A stretch of DNA of 64,000 nucleotides from Glaucostegus cemiculus (Eukaryota), in contig CDPCPM010000077.1 of NCBI GenBank assembly GCA_976551045.1, positions 1,364,001-1,428,000 of the forward strand, in the 5' to 3' direction. Positions 1 to 11,432 of the stretch are shown here, piece after piece. The number at the start of each line of letters is the position of its first letter. Within the stretch, counting starts at the first letter, position 1. Position numbers and translations under genes: made by a program. The notes under the pieces are model-generated. The model did not search any database. It saw nothing but the letters and a program-made list of their open reading frames with translations, and was not told where the DNA came from.

Positions 1-308
1 CTGGCCTTTTATGTATCCTTGTTGTGTTCATCAACCTTTCCCTTCCCAGCTCTTATGCCTGCCTTTCCTCTCTTCTTTGTGGCCCTGCTTAACATTTAGA
101 TCTTGGACCAAATTTACGATTTGGTCCTATTATCTCCTTGTTAGGTTTGCCTGATCGCAGCTCTTTTTAGATTGTAGATGCAATGTAGCTGTTGTTTGCA
201 AGTAATACATGGAGAGTTTACCTCCATTTTGTCAAACCGTAATCATCTTGAACAACTCACTGTGCCTTCCTACTGTATAATTGTCTGGCTTTTATCTCCT
301 TCTCCAAG

Positions 309-470
309 GCCAGAGGACGAGCCAGAGCGGAGAACAGTGTTTATTCAGTTGTTGCTAAAGAAGGAGGGAAAGAGATACAACGGGAATTTGTAAACGAATT
401 CCGTGAGGGTCTTATGAAACGTGCAATAGACGATGTGCAACATATGCCTCAACATGAATACCAAATAAAG
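309..470 (+). CDS. DHX58: DHX58/LGP2 internal coding exon (helicase motif VI plus start of pincer)
   Basis: Flanked by pyrimidine tract+AG (307-308) and GT (471). 162 nt, phase 0/0. Translates ARGRARAENSVYSVVAKEGGKEIQREFVNEFREGLMKRAIDDVQHMPQHEYQIK, matching the LGP2 (Q)ARGRARA..SVY..VA..G..E..RE..NE...LM..A...VQ.M...EYQ.K pattern. Confidence 0.93.
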
Positions 471-633
471 GTAATTATTTGACACAAGCTTTGTGTTATT
501 TTGGATATGCAACATAACTTAGGGAGACTTTTGACCCCTGTATGTAAATCTATTCTGCACAATACCATAAAATCCATTCATAATTAGAGTCATATCTATT
601 CTGCTCTCCCAGTTTGCCATGACACAGATCAAT

Positions 634-1090
634 CATAGATTCTTAAATTCATAGAGTCATACAGCACAGAAGCAAGCCCTTTGGCCCAACTAGTCGATGC
701 TGGCCAAGATTCCCATCTAAACCAGTCCCATTTGCCTACATTTGGTCCATATCCCTCTAAACCTTTCCTATCCACGTACCTATCCAAGTGCCTTTTAAAT
801 GTTGTTAATGTACCTGCTTCAACCACTTCCTCTGGCAGCTTGTTCCAAAAGGTTGCCCGTCAGGTTCCTACTAAATCTCTCTCTCTCACCTTAAACCCAT
901 GCCCTCTAGTTCTCGACTCCCTAACCCTGGGAAAAAGACTGAGTGCATTCCCTATCTATGCCCCTCATGATTTTATACAGCTCCATAAGATCACCCGCCG
1001 TTCTCCTACGCTCCAATGAATAAAGTCCCAGCCTGCTTATCCTCTCTCCATAATTCAGTCCCTCGAGTCCCAATAACATCCTCATAAATT
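634..1090 (-). mobile_element. CR1-type LINE 3' fragment (intronic)
   Basis: Minus-strand translations LGLYSLERRR..GDL.E.YKIMRGIDR and VEAGTLTTFKRHLDRY, plus a (ctatga)-type tail. Confidence 0.85.
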
Positions 1091-1479
1091 TCAGGGTGAC
1101 CAAAACAATTATATGAGATCCTGGTATATCAGAACACTTCATAAAGGGGAGTGGGAGGCTCTGACCAGGGATTAAATGAATTTGGTGAGTGGTGGTCTGT
1201 AGTAAATGATTTTCCAAAGCCTATAAAGACTGTAATGAAAACAAAAGGTGAAGTGGTTTTAAAAGCTACTTATTTTGAACAACTCAGATAGTTTGGATCA
1301 GCAATGTGATTCTAATTACTTACACCATGGTATTGTATTGACAATTCTTTTGAACTGATCTGTGGAGCTGAGTAGCACCCACACTCATTGTACATTTGCA
1401 TGAGGGACATCAAGTAATCATAAACTCTATTTGTGGTAGTTGGTCTGTAAATGAGGATCACCAGTGGGTGGGTATGTGG

Positions 1480-1700
1480 CGGAGCTGGGTGTCAGGAATG
1501 GGGACCTGATGTGCAGCTGGAGTTGGGAACATGGGCCCTGTGTGCATCCTGATCCAGGAATCAGGAATGTGGGAAGATGTGCAGCCATAGCTGAGATCGG
1601 GAACATGGGCTGTCGTCAGTGTTGGGAATGTGGGCTTGGTGTGTAGCCAGTGCCAGGGGCCGGCTACTTGGCCAGGTTTATGGAGTCAGGAACTGGAGAC
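1480..1700. repeat. Degenerate G-rich tandem repeat
   Basis: Recurring gggaacatgggc/ggaatgtggg...tgtgcagc units at irregular 30-40 nt spacing. Confidence 0.45.
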
Positions 1701-1787
1701 CAGCAGTTACATGGGAGGGTGGGTGAACAGAGTAAGAAGGAAGGGAGGCAGTGGGTGAGGATTCCTATGTCTCAGCTCCTCTGGGCT

Positions 1788-1975
1788 TGTGTGTGTGCGC
1801 ACGCCCGTGTGTATTTGAGAGTATGTACCTGGCAGATGGTGCCTGTGTGTGTGTACATGTGTATGTGCACTCATGACCATGCTCATGTGGGAGTATGCAT
1901 GTGTGAGTACACATGTGTGTGTGTGTAAGTGGGTACCTGTCAGCTGGCACCTACCTACGTGTGTACCCACCACTG
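1788..1975. repeat. Degenerate (TG)n-rich low-complexity tract
   Basis: Runs of gtgtgt/gtatgt. Confidence 0.8.
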
Positions 1976-2510
1976 TGAGCATCAGTACCTCTGCAGCTAA
2001 GCCTGGTCTCTAGTCCTCTTGCTCTCCCTTGCCTCTGGATCAAGACCTTGCTCTGTCAAATCCACGTGGTGGCAGGTGTGCAATGGTAACTCATGCTAAA
2101 ATAAACCAAGCCCAGGCAACTTTCCTTCCACAGTATGAAGGTCAGGACCTGGAATATCAGAGACTTTGTGCACAGTCCCAGTAGTAAATCGCCTGAACTC
2201 TTTCATCAATGACCTTAGATCCAAGAGGGAAGCAAATCATCCTTGGGATCCCAAGGGATTACTTAAGAAGAACAACAAGGTGACAATGTTTAACCACCTG
2301 ACATAGTTTCCTTGAGGTCACAGTGAACCCCAGCAGCAGTAAAGTAACACCTGGCTTCAACACATATAAATGTACCACAGTTCTGCTTCACCCAGCTCTG
2401 TGTTGCCATGCTCACTACGGTCATGATGTTGCCAGTGCTTTCAAATTGGTGAAAGGCTTGTTAAACTGTTTAAGGAGTCACTAAAACCCAAAGTGATTTC
2501 TCTGCTCTAG

Positions 2511-2701
2511 ATTCGAGAGCTGCAAATGGAAGGAATAATCAGCCGGAAGGTGAAAGATCAGATGCAAACTACCATGAAGATGGAAAACCTTCCTGAAGAC
2601 GTGAGATTTTACTGTCGGAACTGCAATGAGGCAGTGTGCCATGCCAGCGACCTCCGAATCATTGAGGGCATGCATCATGTTAATGTGAATCCAAACTTCC
2701 A
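2511..2701 (+). CDS. DHX58: DHX58/LGP2 coding exon (pincer end, CTD with first Zn CxxC)
   Basis: ctctag| acceptor, |gtaagt donor. 191 nt, phase 0/2. IRELQMEGIISRKVKDQMQTTMKMENLPEDVRFYCRNCNEAVCHASDLRIIEGMHHVNVNPNF; HHVNVNPNF is typical of LGP2. Confidence 0.93.
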
Positions 2702-3084
2702 GTAAGTGCTCAGAATCACAGTCATGGCACAAATGCATTTCAAGACCAGCTTCCCCTTCCCTGCTCCAATCCCCATAACCCTGCACGTTATTCTCCAGCA
2801 AATGCCTCTCCACTTTCATTGTGGAAGCACTGAATTTGCTTCCACTACTCAAAAAAGGCAGTGAATTCCAGATCATATATACTCCCTGAGTAAAATGGTT
2901 TGTCCATACATTGGCCTTGTATCTTTTTGACAAATGAATTAAGTTGGTGTCCCTGAGATATTGAATCATCTGCTCATTGGTACATCTTCTCATCATCTAC
3001 CCTACCTAAAACCATTGTGATCTTGTATATCTTCAACAAGTCTTTTCTCAGCTTCCTGCACTCTAAGAAAGCAATCATGATGCA

Positions 3085-3440
3085 GCTTTTGATTAGGAGT
3101 TAAATGTGGCTTTTCATTGCATGAAAGGTTATTACGGTAAAGAAGAGATCATGGTGTAGGAGGTAACATATAGGCATGGGTGGAAGATTGGCTGGCTAAC
3201 AGGAAATAGAGAGCAGGTATAAATAGACCTTCCATTCTGCAAGCTATAATGTGTGGTGTGTCCAAGGGATCAATGCTGGGGCCTAACCATTTTACAATTA
3301 ATATACTGTATATCATGAAGTGAACCAAGACACAGTGGCCAAATATACTGATGACATAAAGATAGGGAGGATAGTAAGTTGTCGAGAAGGCAAAAGGAGG
3401 CTGTGGTGAGATATAATTAGGCTAAATGAATGGGTAATGA
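3085..3440 (+). mobile_element. Old CR1 RT fragment
   Basis: Decayed HG..G...AW..DWL.NR, GV.QGS.LGP and DD-region similarity to the RT at 4331-6071. Confidence 0.65.
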
Positions 3441-3442
3441 TC

Positions 3443-3608
3443 AAACCCACTTACACCCAAAGCTACTTCAACTACAGCTCCTCCCACCCTGTCTCTTGTA
3501 AGGACGCCATTCCTTTTTCTTAATTTCTCCACCTGGCCTGCTGAGTTCCTCCAGCATCATAGTGTTTTTCATCTAGATTCCAGCATCTGCAGTCCTCTGT
3601 TTCTCCAG
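3443..3608 (+). mobile_element. Penelope-like RT fragment fused to pseudo-LTR end
   Basis: Reads KPTYTQSYFNYSSSHPVSCKDAIPFS (PLE RT thumb KPT...YL...S.HP...K..IP.SQ), then the tgctgagttcctccagcat...gattccagcatctgcag terminus. Confidence 0.65.
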
Positions 3609-3949
3609 TTTACCAACAGTACCCACTAATCACCAAACTGGTGTCATCCATACATTTTGAAACTGAACTTCCAGTTTCAGATCTAAATTATAAACAGTGA
3701 ACAATACTGATCCTAATGGAAGACTACTTCCCACCTTTTCACCAGTGTGAATAATTAATCTTAACTTGTGCTAAACCCTATCCTCAAAGAGACCAAGATT
3801 TTTGGATAAAAATAGGGAATGCTGGCAATACTCAGCAGGTCAGCCAGCATCTGCAGAGGGAGAGAGGGAGGGAGTTAATGCAGTTCTGATGAAATGGAAT
3901 TAACTCTGCACCTTTCTCTGTAGATGCTGCCAAGCCTATGACTAAGAGA

Positions 3950-4146
3950 GACTGCAGATGCTGGAATCTGAAGCAACAAACAATCTGCTGGAGGAACCCA
4001 GTGGGTCAAGCAGCATCCGTGAGGGGGAAGGAACTGTCAACATTTCAGGTGGTGCCTGTCAGGATTTCAACCCAAAATGTCAACGATCCCTTTCCTCCTA
4101 CAGATGCCGCTCAGCACTGAGTTCCTCCAGCAGATTGTTTGTTGCT
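3950..4146. mobile_element. Palindromic Penelope pseudo-LTR mini-element
   Basis: Perfect 26-bp inverted repeat (3972-3997 / 4121-4146), continuing imperfectly inward. Same terminus family as 10170-11080. Confidence 0.7.
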
Positions 4147-4330
4147 ATAATTAATTCCAGTGTCTTTGTATTTTATTTCGGATTTCTGGTATCTGTAGCT
4201 TTTGCTTTTGGGCTTCAAGATTTTGGAAGGGGTTTAAAAAATGAAGGCTGAGAAATAGAACGTTAACATGAGGATGAGCCATACTCTGTTGCCACAGCTA
4301 AAAATAAATCTGAAGCAACAAGCTTCTGAA

Positions 4331-6071
4331 GCCTATCAAGAGTGGAAGCGGGGAAGTGTGTATGGATTCGGAAGAAATAGCGGAGGTGTTAAATGAATAC
4401 TTTACTTCGGTATTCACTACGGAGAAGGAGCTAGGGGATTGCAGTGGGGGCTTGCAGTGGCCAGAAAGGATTGAGCGGGTGGAAATTAGAAAGGAGGAGG
4501 TGCTGAAACTTTTGGAGAGTACTAAGTTAGATAAGTCGCCGGGGCCGGACGAGATGTATCCCAGGTTGCTGTGGGAGGTGAGGGAGGAGATTGCGGAGCC
4601 TCTGATGATGATCTTTGCGTCGTCGATGGAGATGGGAGAGGTTCCGGTAGATTGGAGGGTTGCGGATGTTGTGCCGTTATTCAAGAAGGGGAATAAGGAT
4701 AGCCCGGGGAATTATAGACCGGTGAGTCTTACCTCGGTGGTGGGTAAGCTGCTGGAGAGGATCCTGAGAGGCAGGATTTATGAACACTTGGAGAAGTATG
4801 GCATGATTAGAAATAGTCAGCATGGTTTTGTCAAGGGCAGGTCCTGTCTGACGAGTCTTATAGAATTTTTTGAAGAAGTGACCAAGAATGTTGATGAAGG
4901 GAGATCGGTAGATGTAGTGTATATGGATTTTAGCAAGGCTTTTGATAAGGTGCCCCATGTGAGGCTTATGGAGAAGGTGAGGCGACATGGGATCCAGGGG
5001 GACATTGCGGTGTGGATTCAGAATTGGCTGGCCCACAGAAGGCAAAGAGTGGTTGTGGCAGGGTCATATTCTGAGTGGAGGTCGGTGACCTCCTGTGTAC
5101 CTCAGGGATCTGTGCTGGGACCCTTGCTGTTTGTCATCTTTATAAATGACCTGGATGAGGAAGTGGAGGGGTGGGTTAGTGAGTTTGCTGACGACACGAA
5201 GGTTGGGGGAGTTGTGGATAGTTTGGAGGGCTGTCAGAGGCTACAGAGGGACATGCAGGATGCAGAGTTGGGCTGAGAAATGGCAGATGCAGTTCAACCC
5301 GGATAAATGTGAAGTGGTTCATTTTGGTAGGTCGAATAGGTCGGCGGAATATAGAATTAATGGTAAGACTCTTGGCAGTGTGGAAGATCAGAGGGATCTT
5401 GGGGTCCGAGTCCATAGGATGCTCAAGGCGGCTGCGCAGGTTGACTCTGTGGTTAGGAAGGCGTATGGTGTATTGTCCTTCATCGGTCGAGGGATTGAAT
5501 TTAGGAGTAGGGAGGTAATGCTTCAGTTGTGTAGGTCCCTGGTCAGACCCCACCTGGAGTCTTGTGTTCAGTTCTGGTCGCCTCACTACAGGAAGGATGT
5601 GGAAGCTATAGAGAGGGTACAGAGGAGGTTTACGAGGATGCTGACTGGAATGAGGAGCATGCCTTATGAGAGCAGGCTGCAGGAACTCGGGAGGATGAGG
5701 GAGGACCTGATTGAGGTATATAAGATGATGAGAGGTATGGATAGGGTAGATAGTCGGAGGCTTTTCCCTAGGGCTGAAATGGTGGCCACAGGAGGACATA
5801 GGTTTAAGGTGCTGGGGGGAAGATAGAGGGGAGATGTTAGGGGTGCGTTTTTTACTCAGAGAGTGGTGAGTGCGTGGAATGGGCTGCTGGAGATGGTGGT
5901 GGAGGCGGATACGTTAGGGTCTTTCAAGAGACTGTTGGATAGGTACATGGAGGTGAATGAGATAGAAGGTTATGGGTAAGCCTAATAGTGTGGGGACATG
6001 TTTGGCACAGCTTTGTGGGCCGAAGGGCATGAATTGTGCTGTAGGTATCTATGTTCTATGTCTATGTTCTA
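4331..6071 (+). mobile_element. 5'-truncated CR1 LINE (RT ORF2 remnant) in DHX58 intron
   Basis: ORFs 4356-5276 and 5146-5826 carry [47 protein letters not shown]. Frameshift near 5250, deletion near 5690, (tctatgt)n tail ending about 6071. Confidence 0.95.
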
Positions 6072-6111
6072 AATGTTTTACTCACTTTTGGCTCCTATTT
6101 TGTTTTTCCAG

Positions 6112-6205
6112 GATTTACTACAAAGTTTTTGGGAAGGTCAACATTCCAAGGAAATTTGAAGACTGGGAACCAGGTGGCACAGTCGCCTGTCGCAAATGTG
6201 GTCAG
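6112..6205 (+). CDS. DHX58: DHX58/LGP2 coding exon (CTD, second Zn CxxC)
   Basis: tttttccag| acceptor, |gtatg donor. 94 nt, completes the split CA|G codon. IYYKVFGKVNIPRKFEDWEPGGTVACRKCGQ matches LGP2 F.DW.PGG...CR.CG. Confidence 0.92.
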
Positions 6206-6830
6206 GTATGTTCGATCCAGTGAGCCCCACAGAGACCAGTTCCAACATGGGAAAGGAAGCAGACAAATGCTTTGGCAAAGCTCATTTTGGGTCTCATAAA
6301 TATCCAAAGATGGAATGAGTGAGACGTGCAATCTGTAACTGAAGATCCTGGGGAAATTTATCAGAAATATTTACTTTGCAGACACTAAATAGAACCACAA
6401 TATACTGAGTTCTATTATAGTTAAGTGACAAAAACTAACCTAGACTACCTGGGATTAAATATGGAGTCTCGTTATTCTGTGTGGATTAGTATGACTGAGT
6501 GTTGTGACTCACCTACCACTGCATTCATACGGCTTTAGGCTTCCTTAAATCCCACTTTGTATGTTGATGATATGCCCATCAAAAGCAATCTCCCACTGAC
6601 AGGTTAACCTGATGGTATTGCCTAATCCCTGGCTTGACTCACAACTGTGCACATGTTTCCACCTCCAAATCAAATAGGACGTAGACTCTGCATTAACAAT
6701 GTGAGCTATCTTCTTCCTTGAAATCCAGGTTTGATTACAAATGGTTGGTGATAACTGTGGAGAGAGTCATCTGCAGAAATCAGTTTTGAAATGGTGTTTA
6801 ATTATCCCTCTAATGTACTTCTCCACACAG

Positions 6831-7007
6831 AACTGGGGAATGCAGATGATCTACAAGAGTGTGCCCATTCCCAGTTTATGCATCAAGAATTTTGTGGTTG
6901 AGTTGCCAAACGAAAGAAGACCCTTCAAGAAATGGAAAAGTGTTCCCTGTCAGATACAGGACTTCGACTACATTGAATATTGTAAAGACAACATTCTAGA
7001 TCTCTGA
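6831..7007 (+). CDS. DHX58: DHX58/LGP2 terminal coding exon
   Basis: ctccacacag| acceptor. NWGMQMIYKSVPIPSLCIKNFVVELPNERRPFKKWKSVPCQIQDFDYIEYCKDNILDL* matches the LGP2 WGLQMIYKSV...KKW..VP...DFD C-terminus. TGA ends at 7007. Confidence 0.93.
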   Translation, partial: NWGMQMIYKSVPIPSLCIKNFVVELPNERRPFKKWKSVPCQIQDFDYIEYCKDNILDL

Positions 7008-7408
7008 ATGAACATGATAAACTTAAAGGATGAAATTTAGTTATCACTGATGCTGTCATCTAATTAGTTTTTACTTCAGGCATCATAGAAATGAACTTAC
7101 ATCCTCCAGTTTGCAATCCTGAGAAAAATCCAACAAACTAAAATGTATAATGATTTTAGATAATAATATGATTGCAGAGGTCCTTACTTCTGAATACTAC
7201 TTATGGAAGTGAGACTTGCACTTAGACTAAAGCTATTACTGTAATGGGTGCTTTGTAGCAATTTCTTTATCTGTAACTGAGTTTTTATTCTTATTCAATT
7301 CTTATTAAAAGCTGAAAACTGCTTCTCTTATCAGGATGTGGGCATTTAAGAACTGAATTACCTTTGATGCATTTGTGTAAAAAGCACTGTTGTTAGCTGA
7401 CCATCTTA

Positions 7409-7414
7409 AATAAA
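7409..7414 (+). terminator. Probable DHX58 polyadenylation signal
   Basis: First AATAAA after the stop (about 400 nt downstream), followed by GT/T-rich sequence. An ATTAAA variant lies at 7304-7309. Confidence 0.55.
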
Positions 7415-8610
7415 GGAGGTTTTGCTGAAATCTGCATTGTTATTTGCCTGAGTAAGTAGCAACTTCAAAGAGTCTACAGACGTTACAGTCATGGCAATTT
7501 TCTTTATCGCATGTCCATCTAGATAACATTCCCAGCCCTGGCAGGAGCATTCAGGGTCTTTTGAGAGTATGGAGGTGACCAACTGCCAGGCTACTGCTTA
7601 TGCTGTTCCCTGAAAGGCTGCTTGGTGATTTATTGGGGGTGATGTGGGTGACATAACTGATAACTGTTCACCTGTCTATGAGGAAATATTTGTCCTCTAG
7701 TTTTTGTCTGGCAGCTATCTGTCAACCTGTTCAACAAAAATTAACTAACAGAAATATATAGCGTATAAAGGAGGTTACCTGATCCATTGGGTACAACTCT
7801 CAAAGGGGAGCCATGGGCTCAAACCTCTCTGTCTTGCTGTTAACCCTAAATGCAAAAAAAGCCTTTCTGAAATATTTATGCACTTGTAGGACACTCCATG
7901 TCCTCACAATACTCAGAATAACAAAATACTCTTTTGAAATTATAGAAAGCTCACAAGCATGAAGAGGATGCAAGCATTAAATTCAGAACTAAAGCTTTTC
8001 AAAATCACCTGTGTATTGTTTGGAAGTGATTATTTCAGGTTGTGGGTACACCCCCACCCTCTGTTTAATGGAGTCAGCTGTATAAGCAGCCCCACATCGT
8101 AGATCATTAGCGCAGACAGCTGGAGTTCACTCACAGCTTGCTTCTCAGTGTAGCTGGTTACACTGAGAGTTATATTTTCAAATTGCTTGGGTGAGCAATA
8201 ATTATATTACACTTCCATCGGTTCATTTTCATTTGAATTTGATGTTGATTACTCCCCATGTTCTTTGGTAAGGTCCATCGCCAGTATTTGCATCCTCAGT
8301 AATACTGTTTTTCACACACAATGAAGCATGATGGAGAGTAGTGAAAGTCAAAATATTGTAGTGCCTATTTACCTAAGATTGAACACATCCTATTGAGCTG
8401 TTTACAATGCATTTTATAATACATTTTATAATATGCATTTTATTTTCTAACACTCTGGTCATTTTTATTTTTTGCAGCATTCTCTTTTAGTGAAATATAT
8501 TTATCAAGGAGGTCTAAGACAATTGGAGACCAGGTTCTGCTGCAGACTTAGCATATTTATGTGCAGGCACACATGCTCGTCCATGCCTGTACACACTTGC
8601 ACACATGCCT

Positions 8611-8636
8611 ACACACACACACACACACACACACAC
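8611..8636. repeat. (AC)13 microsatellite in a CA-rich tract (about 8565-8800)
   Basis: Direct read. Confidence 0.9.
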
Positions 8637-9639
8637 TCAGGCATCATATGTAGGCATGCACTTTGGCATCACCTGCAAACGTACTCTGACATCACATACA
8701 TGCCCTCTGACATCACATGCCCATGCATTCTGACACCATTACATGCACACACTTCAACACTACACACATGAATACATTGTCAGTCTCATGCACATGGACA
8801 TATAATGTACATTACTTATGTCTATATAATATATATTAATATCTATATTAATACCTACATAATACCATCATGTACATAGTAATTGACTTCAAAAGCAAAT
8901 CCTACTCAAACCCCTCTATAAATTACAGCTTCACTGCAAGGGACTGGTGAGGTGACAAAAAGGAATTTTCATGCAAGAGGAAGCTGAACCCACCTGAGGG
9001 GAACTGCATCCATTCCTTCCCCCTTCATCCATTCACTGCCCACAGTCAAACTGACGGCTTTCAGACCTGTCCTTGGGGTCCCAAGGCTCAAAATGGTCAT
9101 GGCCAGGAATAAGAAATAAAGGAGATAAAATGAAGTAAAAAGATAAATCAAGAAATAGTGGCCAATTTTTAGAAGCTGCTAAATAGCTTTAGCACTGTAG
9201 TGGTCCCTTGTTTACTCCTGAGCTGTGAAAATCACTGGCCCTGGTCTGCAGAGTGCCAGAGGTAGGTTGGGAGCAGGGTGAAAGTATCCTGAGATAGTGG
9301 AAAAGGGAGGGTATCAGAGACTACTGAGGGCAATGAGAAGAGAACACTTATTATTCTTATGCTTCTTATTCACTGCAGTTACATGGCAGTTACAGTTTGC
9401 TGCTATTAGACTTGTGTATATCTTTTCCCAACTAGAACTGAACATATTACTCCAAGGGTTTGTTCAGTTAATATTTTAAATTAGATCCTTGGATTCAAAC
9501 ATGTGTATGGGACTTGTGACACATCTCCAAGATGTTTCTTCTGAACTCCTGAGATTTAATTAATTTTGTTCACACTCAGAAAGCTGAAAGCACCTATAAT
9601 TTAGGGGGACATTGTATGTTCCTTCAAAGTGCCTTATAG

Positions 9640-10000
9640 CTGATTAAGTACAATTTTATGTAGTGTAATGAACGTCATAATGTGGGAAATGCAGCAGCAA
9701 ATTTGAATACCAGCAAGATCTCATAAGCAGAAAAGAGATAATGACAATACAGTAGTTTTGTCATGTTGGTGAAGAATAAATATTGACCAGGATACTGGAA
9801 ATAACTTGTTTGAAGTAATGCCATATTGTCACTTAAATTTACCTGATGGGTTTTTGGTTTCATTGCTTGTCCAAAAGGCACCATCCCCGACAATTTGCTT
9901 GTAATACACTGTATTGTCAGCCTGGAAGTTAATTCACAAATCCCCTTGAAACAGGAGGAATCTGACTCAGAGGTGAGAGTACCAACCATGCACTGACAGA
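9640..10000 (-). mobile_element. Old DeuSINE/SacSINE1-like SINE
   Basis: Contains cagcaagatctc..aagcag, gataaatattg.ccagga and ctgactcagaggtgagagt..acc segments recalled from shark DeuSINEs. Related copies at about 27700-28100 and 55800-56085. Confidence 0.55.
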
Positions 10001-10169
10001 TGATGGAGCTCAATCAATGAGACCCAGGTAAAGAGATGGGGATAAGAATCTTGGACTCATTTGACAAATGTGTGGATGTTATATGTGAAGCATAGGGTTT
10101 TTCTGGGTTGGTGAACTAAGGTGGGCCAAATGATCATCACCATCTACAAAGGCAGAGACACAGGAGATT

Positions 10170-11080
10170 CTCCAGATGCTGGAATCTGGAGCAACACACA
10201 CAAAATGCTGGAGGAACTCAGCAGGTTAGGCAGCCTCTGTGGAGGGAAATAAACAGTTGACGTTTTGGGTCAAGACCCTTCATCAGGACTGGAAAGGAAG
10301 AGGGCAGAAGCTGGAATAGAAAGGCAGGGGGGAGGGGGAGGAGCACAAGCTGGTTGGTGATAGGTGAGTCCAGGTGAGAGGGGAAAGATAGGTGAGTGGG
10401 GCAGAGGGGATGGAAGGGAGTGATGTAAGAACTCATCTCTCCTCACTGATGACCCTCCCTGCATTTATCCCTGCAACTGTGCAAAGTGTTACACCTGTCC
10501 CTACTCCTCCTTCCCTCACCACCATTCATGGCTCGAGACAGTCCTTCCAGGTGAGGTAGCATTCCACATGTGAATCCGAGGGTGTCATTTATACATCCAC
10601 TTCGATTTCTCTAACTTCTGGTAACCCCTCCCCTCTGTTTTCCCTTCCTTTCTCCTCCATCTTGTTTTCCCTCATTCCTGTGGCCCCCTCACCCCTTCTC
10701 TTTCCCCTCCCCTGCCCTCATGACCTGCCAATCACCCCCCTATAATTCCCCTCCTCCTTCCCTTTATGCCACTGCCCTCTCTTACCTGATTCCTTCTTCT
10801 TCAGCCCTTTGCCTCTTCCACCTATCACATCTCAGCTTCCTACACCATTCCTTTTCATCTGCTCCCCCCACTCACCTACCTTCCCCCTCTCACCTGGACT
10901 CACCCATCACCTGCCAACTTTTCCTCCTCCCTCCTCCTCCCTTCCCCCTCACCTTTCTATCCTGGCTTCTGCCCTCTTCCTTTCCAGTCCTGATGAAGGA
11001 TCTCAACCCGAAATGTCAACTGTTTATTTCCCTCCTTAGATGCTGCCTGACCTGCTGTGTTCCTCCAGTACTTTGTCTGT
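10170..11080 (+). mobile_element. Non-autonomous Penelope-like element with inverted pseudo-LTRs and GIY-YIG remnant
   Basis: Arms at about 10200-10410 and 10860-11080 are reverse complements. The middle (10465-10600) reads, with frameshifts, PCN..KCYTCPY..LTTIHG.RQSFQVR.H.TCES.GVIY, the Zn-linker/GIY-YIG start of PLEs. Confidence 0.8.
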
Positions 11081-11432
11081 ATATCACCATCGACACTGGT
11101 CTTGTAACCCTTTGACAGGCATAATCTTATAAAATGCTTTATTGCATCAGGTTGAGCATTGTCAGGAAGCTGTGGACCAAAAACAGTAAGGGTTTTGGCA
11201 GGAAGCAGGATTTGAGGGGGCTTTTGGAAGGGACAGGTGGTGGGGTGAAAAAGTTGAGAATGCTGGGGCTCAGGATGAATGGTGGAGTGCGAGGCTGTGG
11301 AGATTGGAGATTCCCTGTGTGATCTGTGAGGGCTGGAGGCTCCACTACTGCTGACTGTCCAGGGACGATGAAGGACACACAGTATCCCAGCAAGTGTGAG
11401 TGAGGATGGGAGTGATGGTGGGACCCAAACAC

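Noticed and set aside
178-393. ORF-track 71-aa ORF, and the ORFs at 2481-2996, 5972-6223 and 6741-7007, as stand-alone genes
   Set aside because: They are off-frame, antisense or intron-extended overlaps of DHX58 exons.
634-6071. Oppositely oriented CR1s around exon 2511-2701 as a circRNA driver
   Set aside because: The two copies are different subfamilies with only moderate identity by eye, so stable pairing is doubtful.
309-7007. Assignment to IFIH1/MDA5 or RIG-I
   Set aside because: HHVNVNPNF, DW.PGG, QMIYKSV and the short C-terminus fit LGP2 better.
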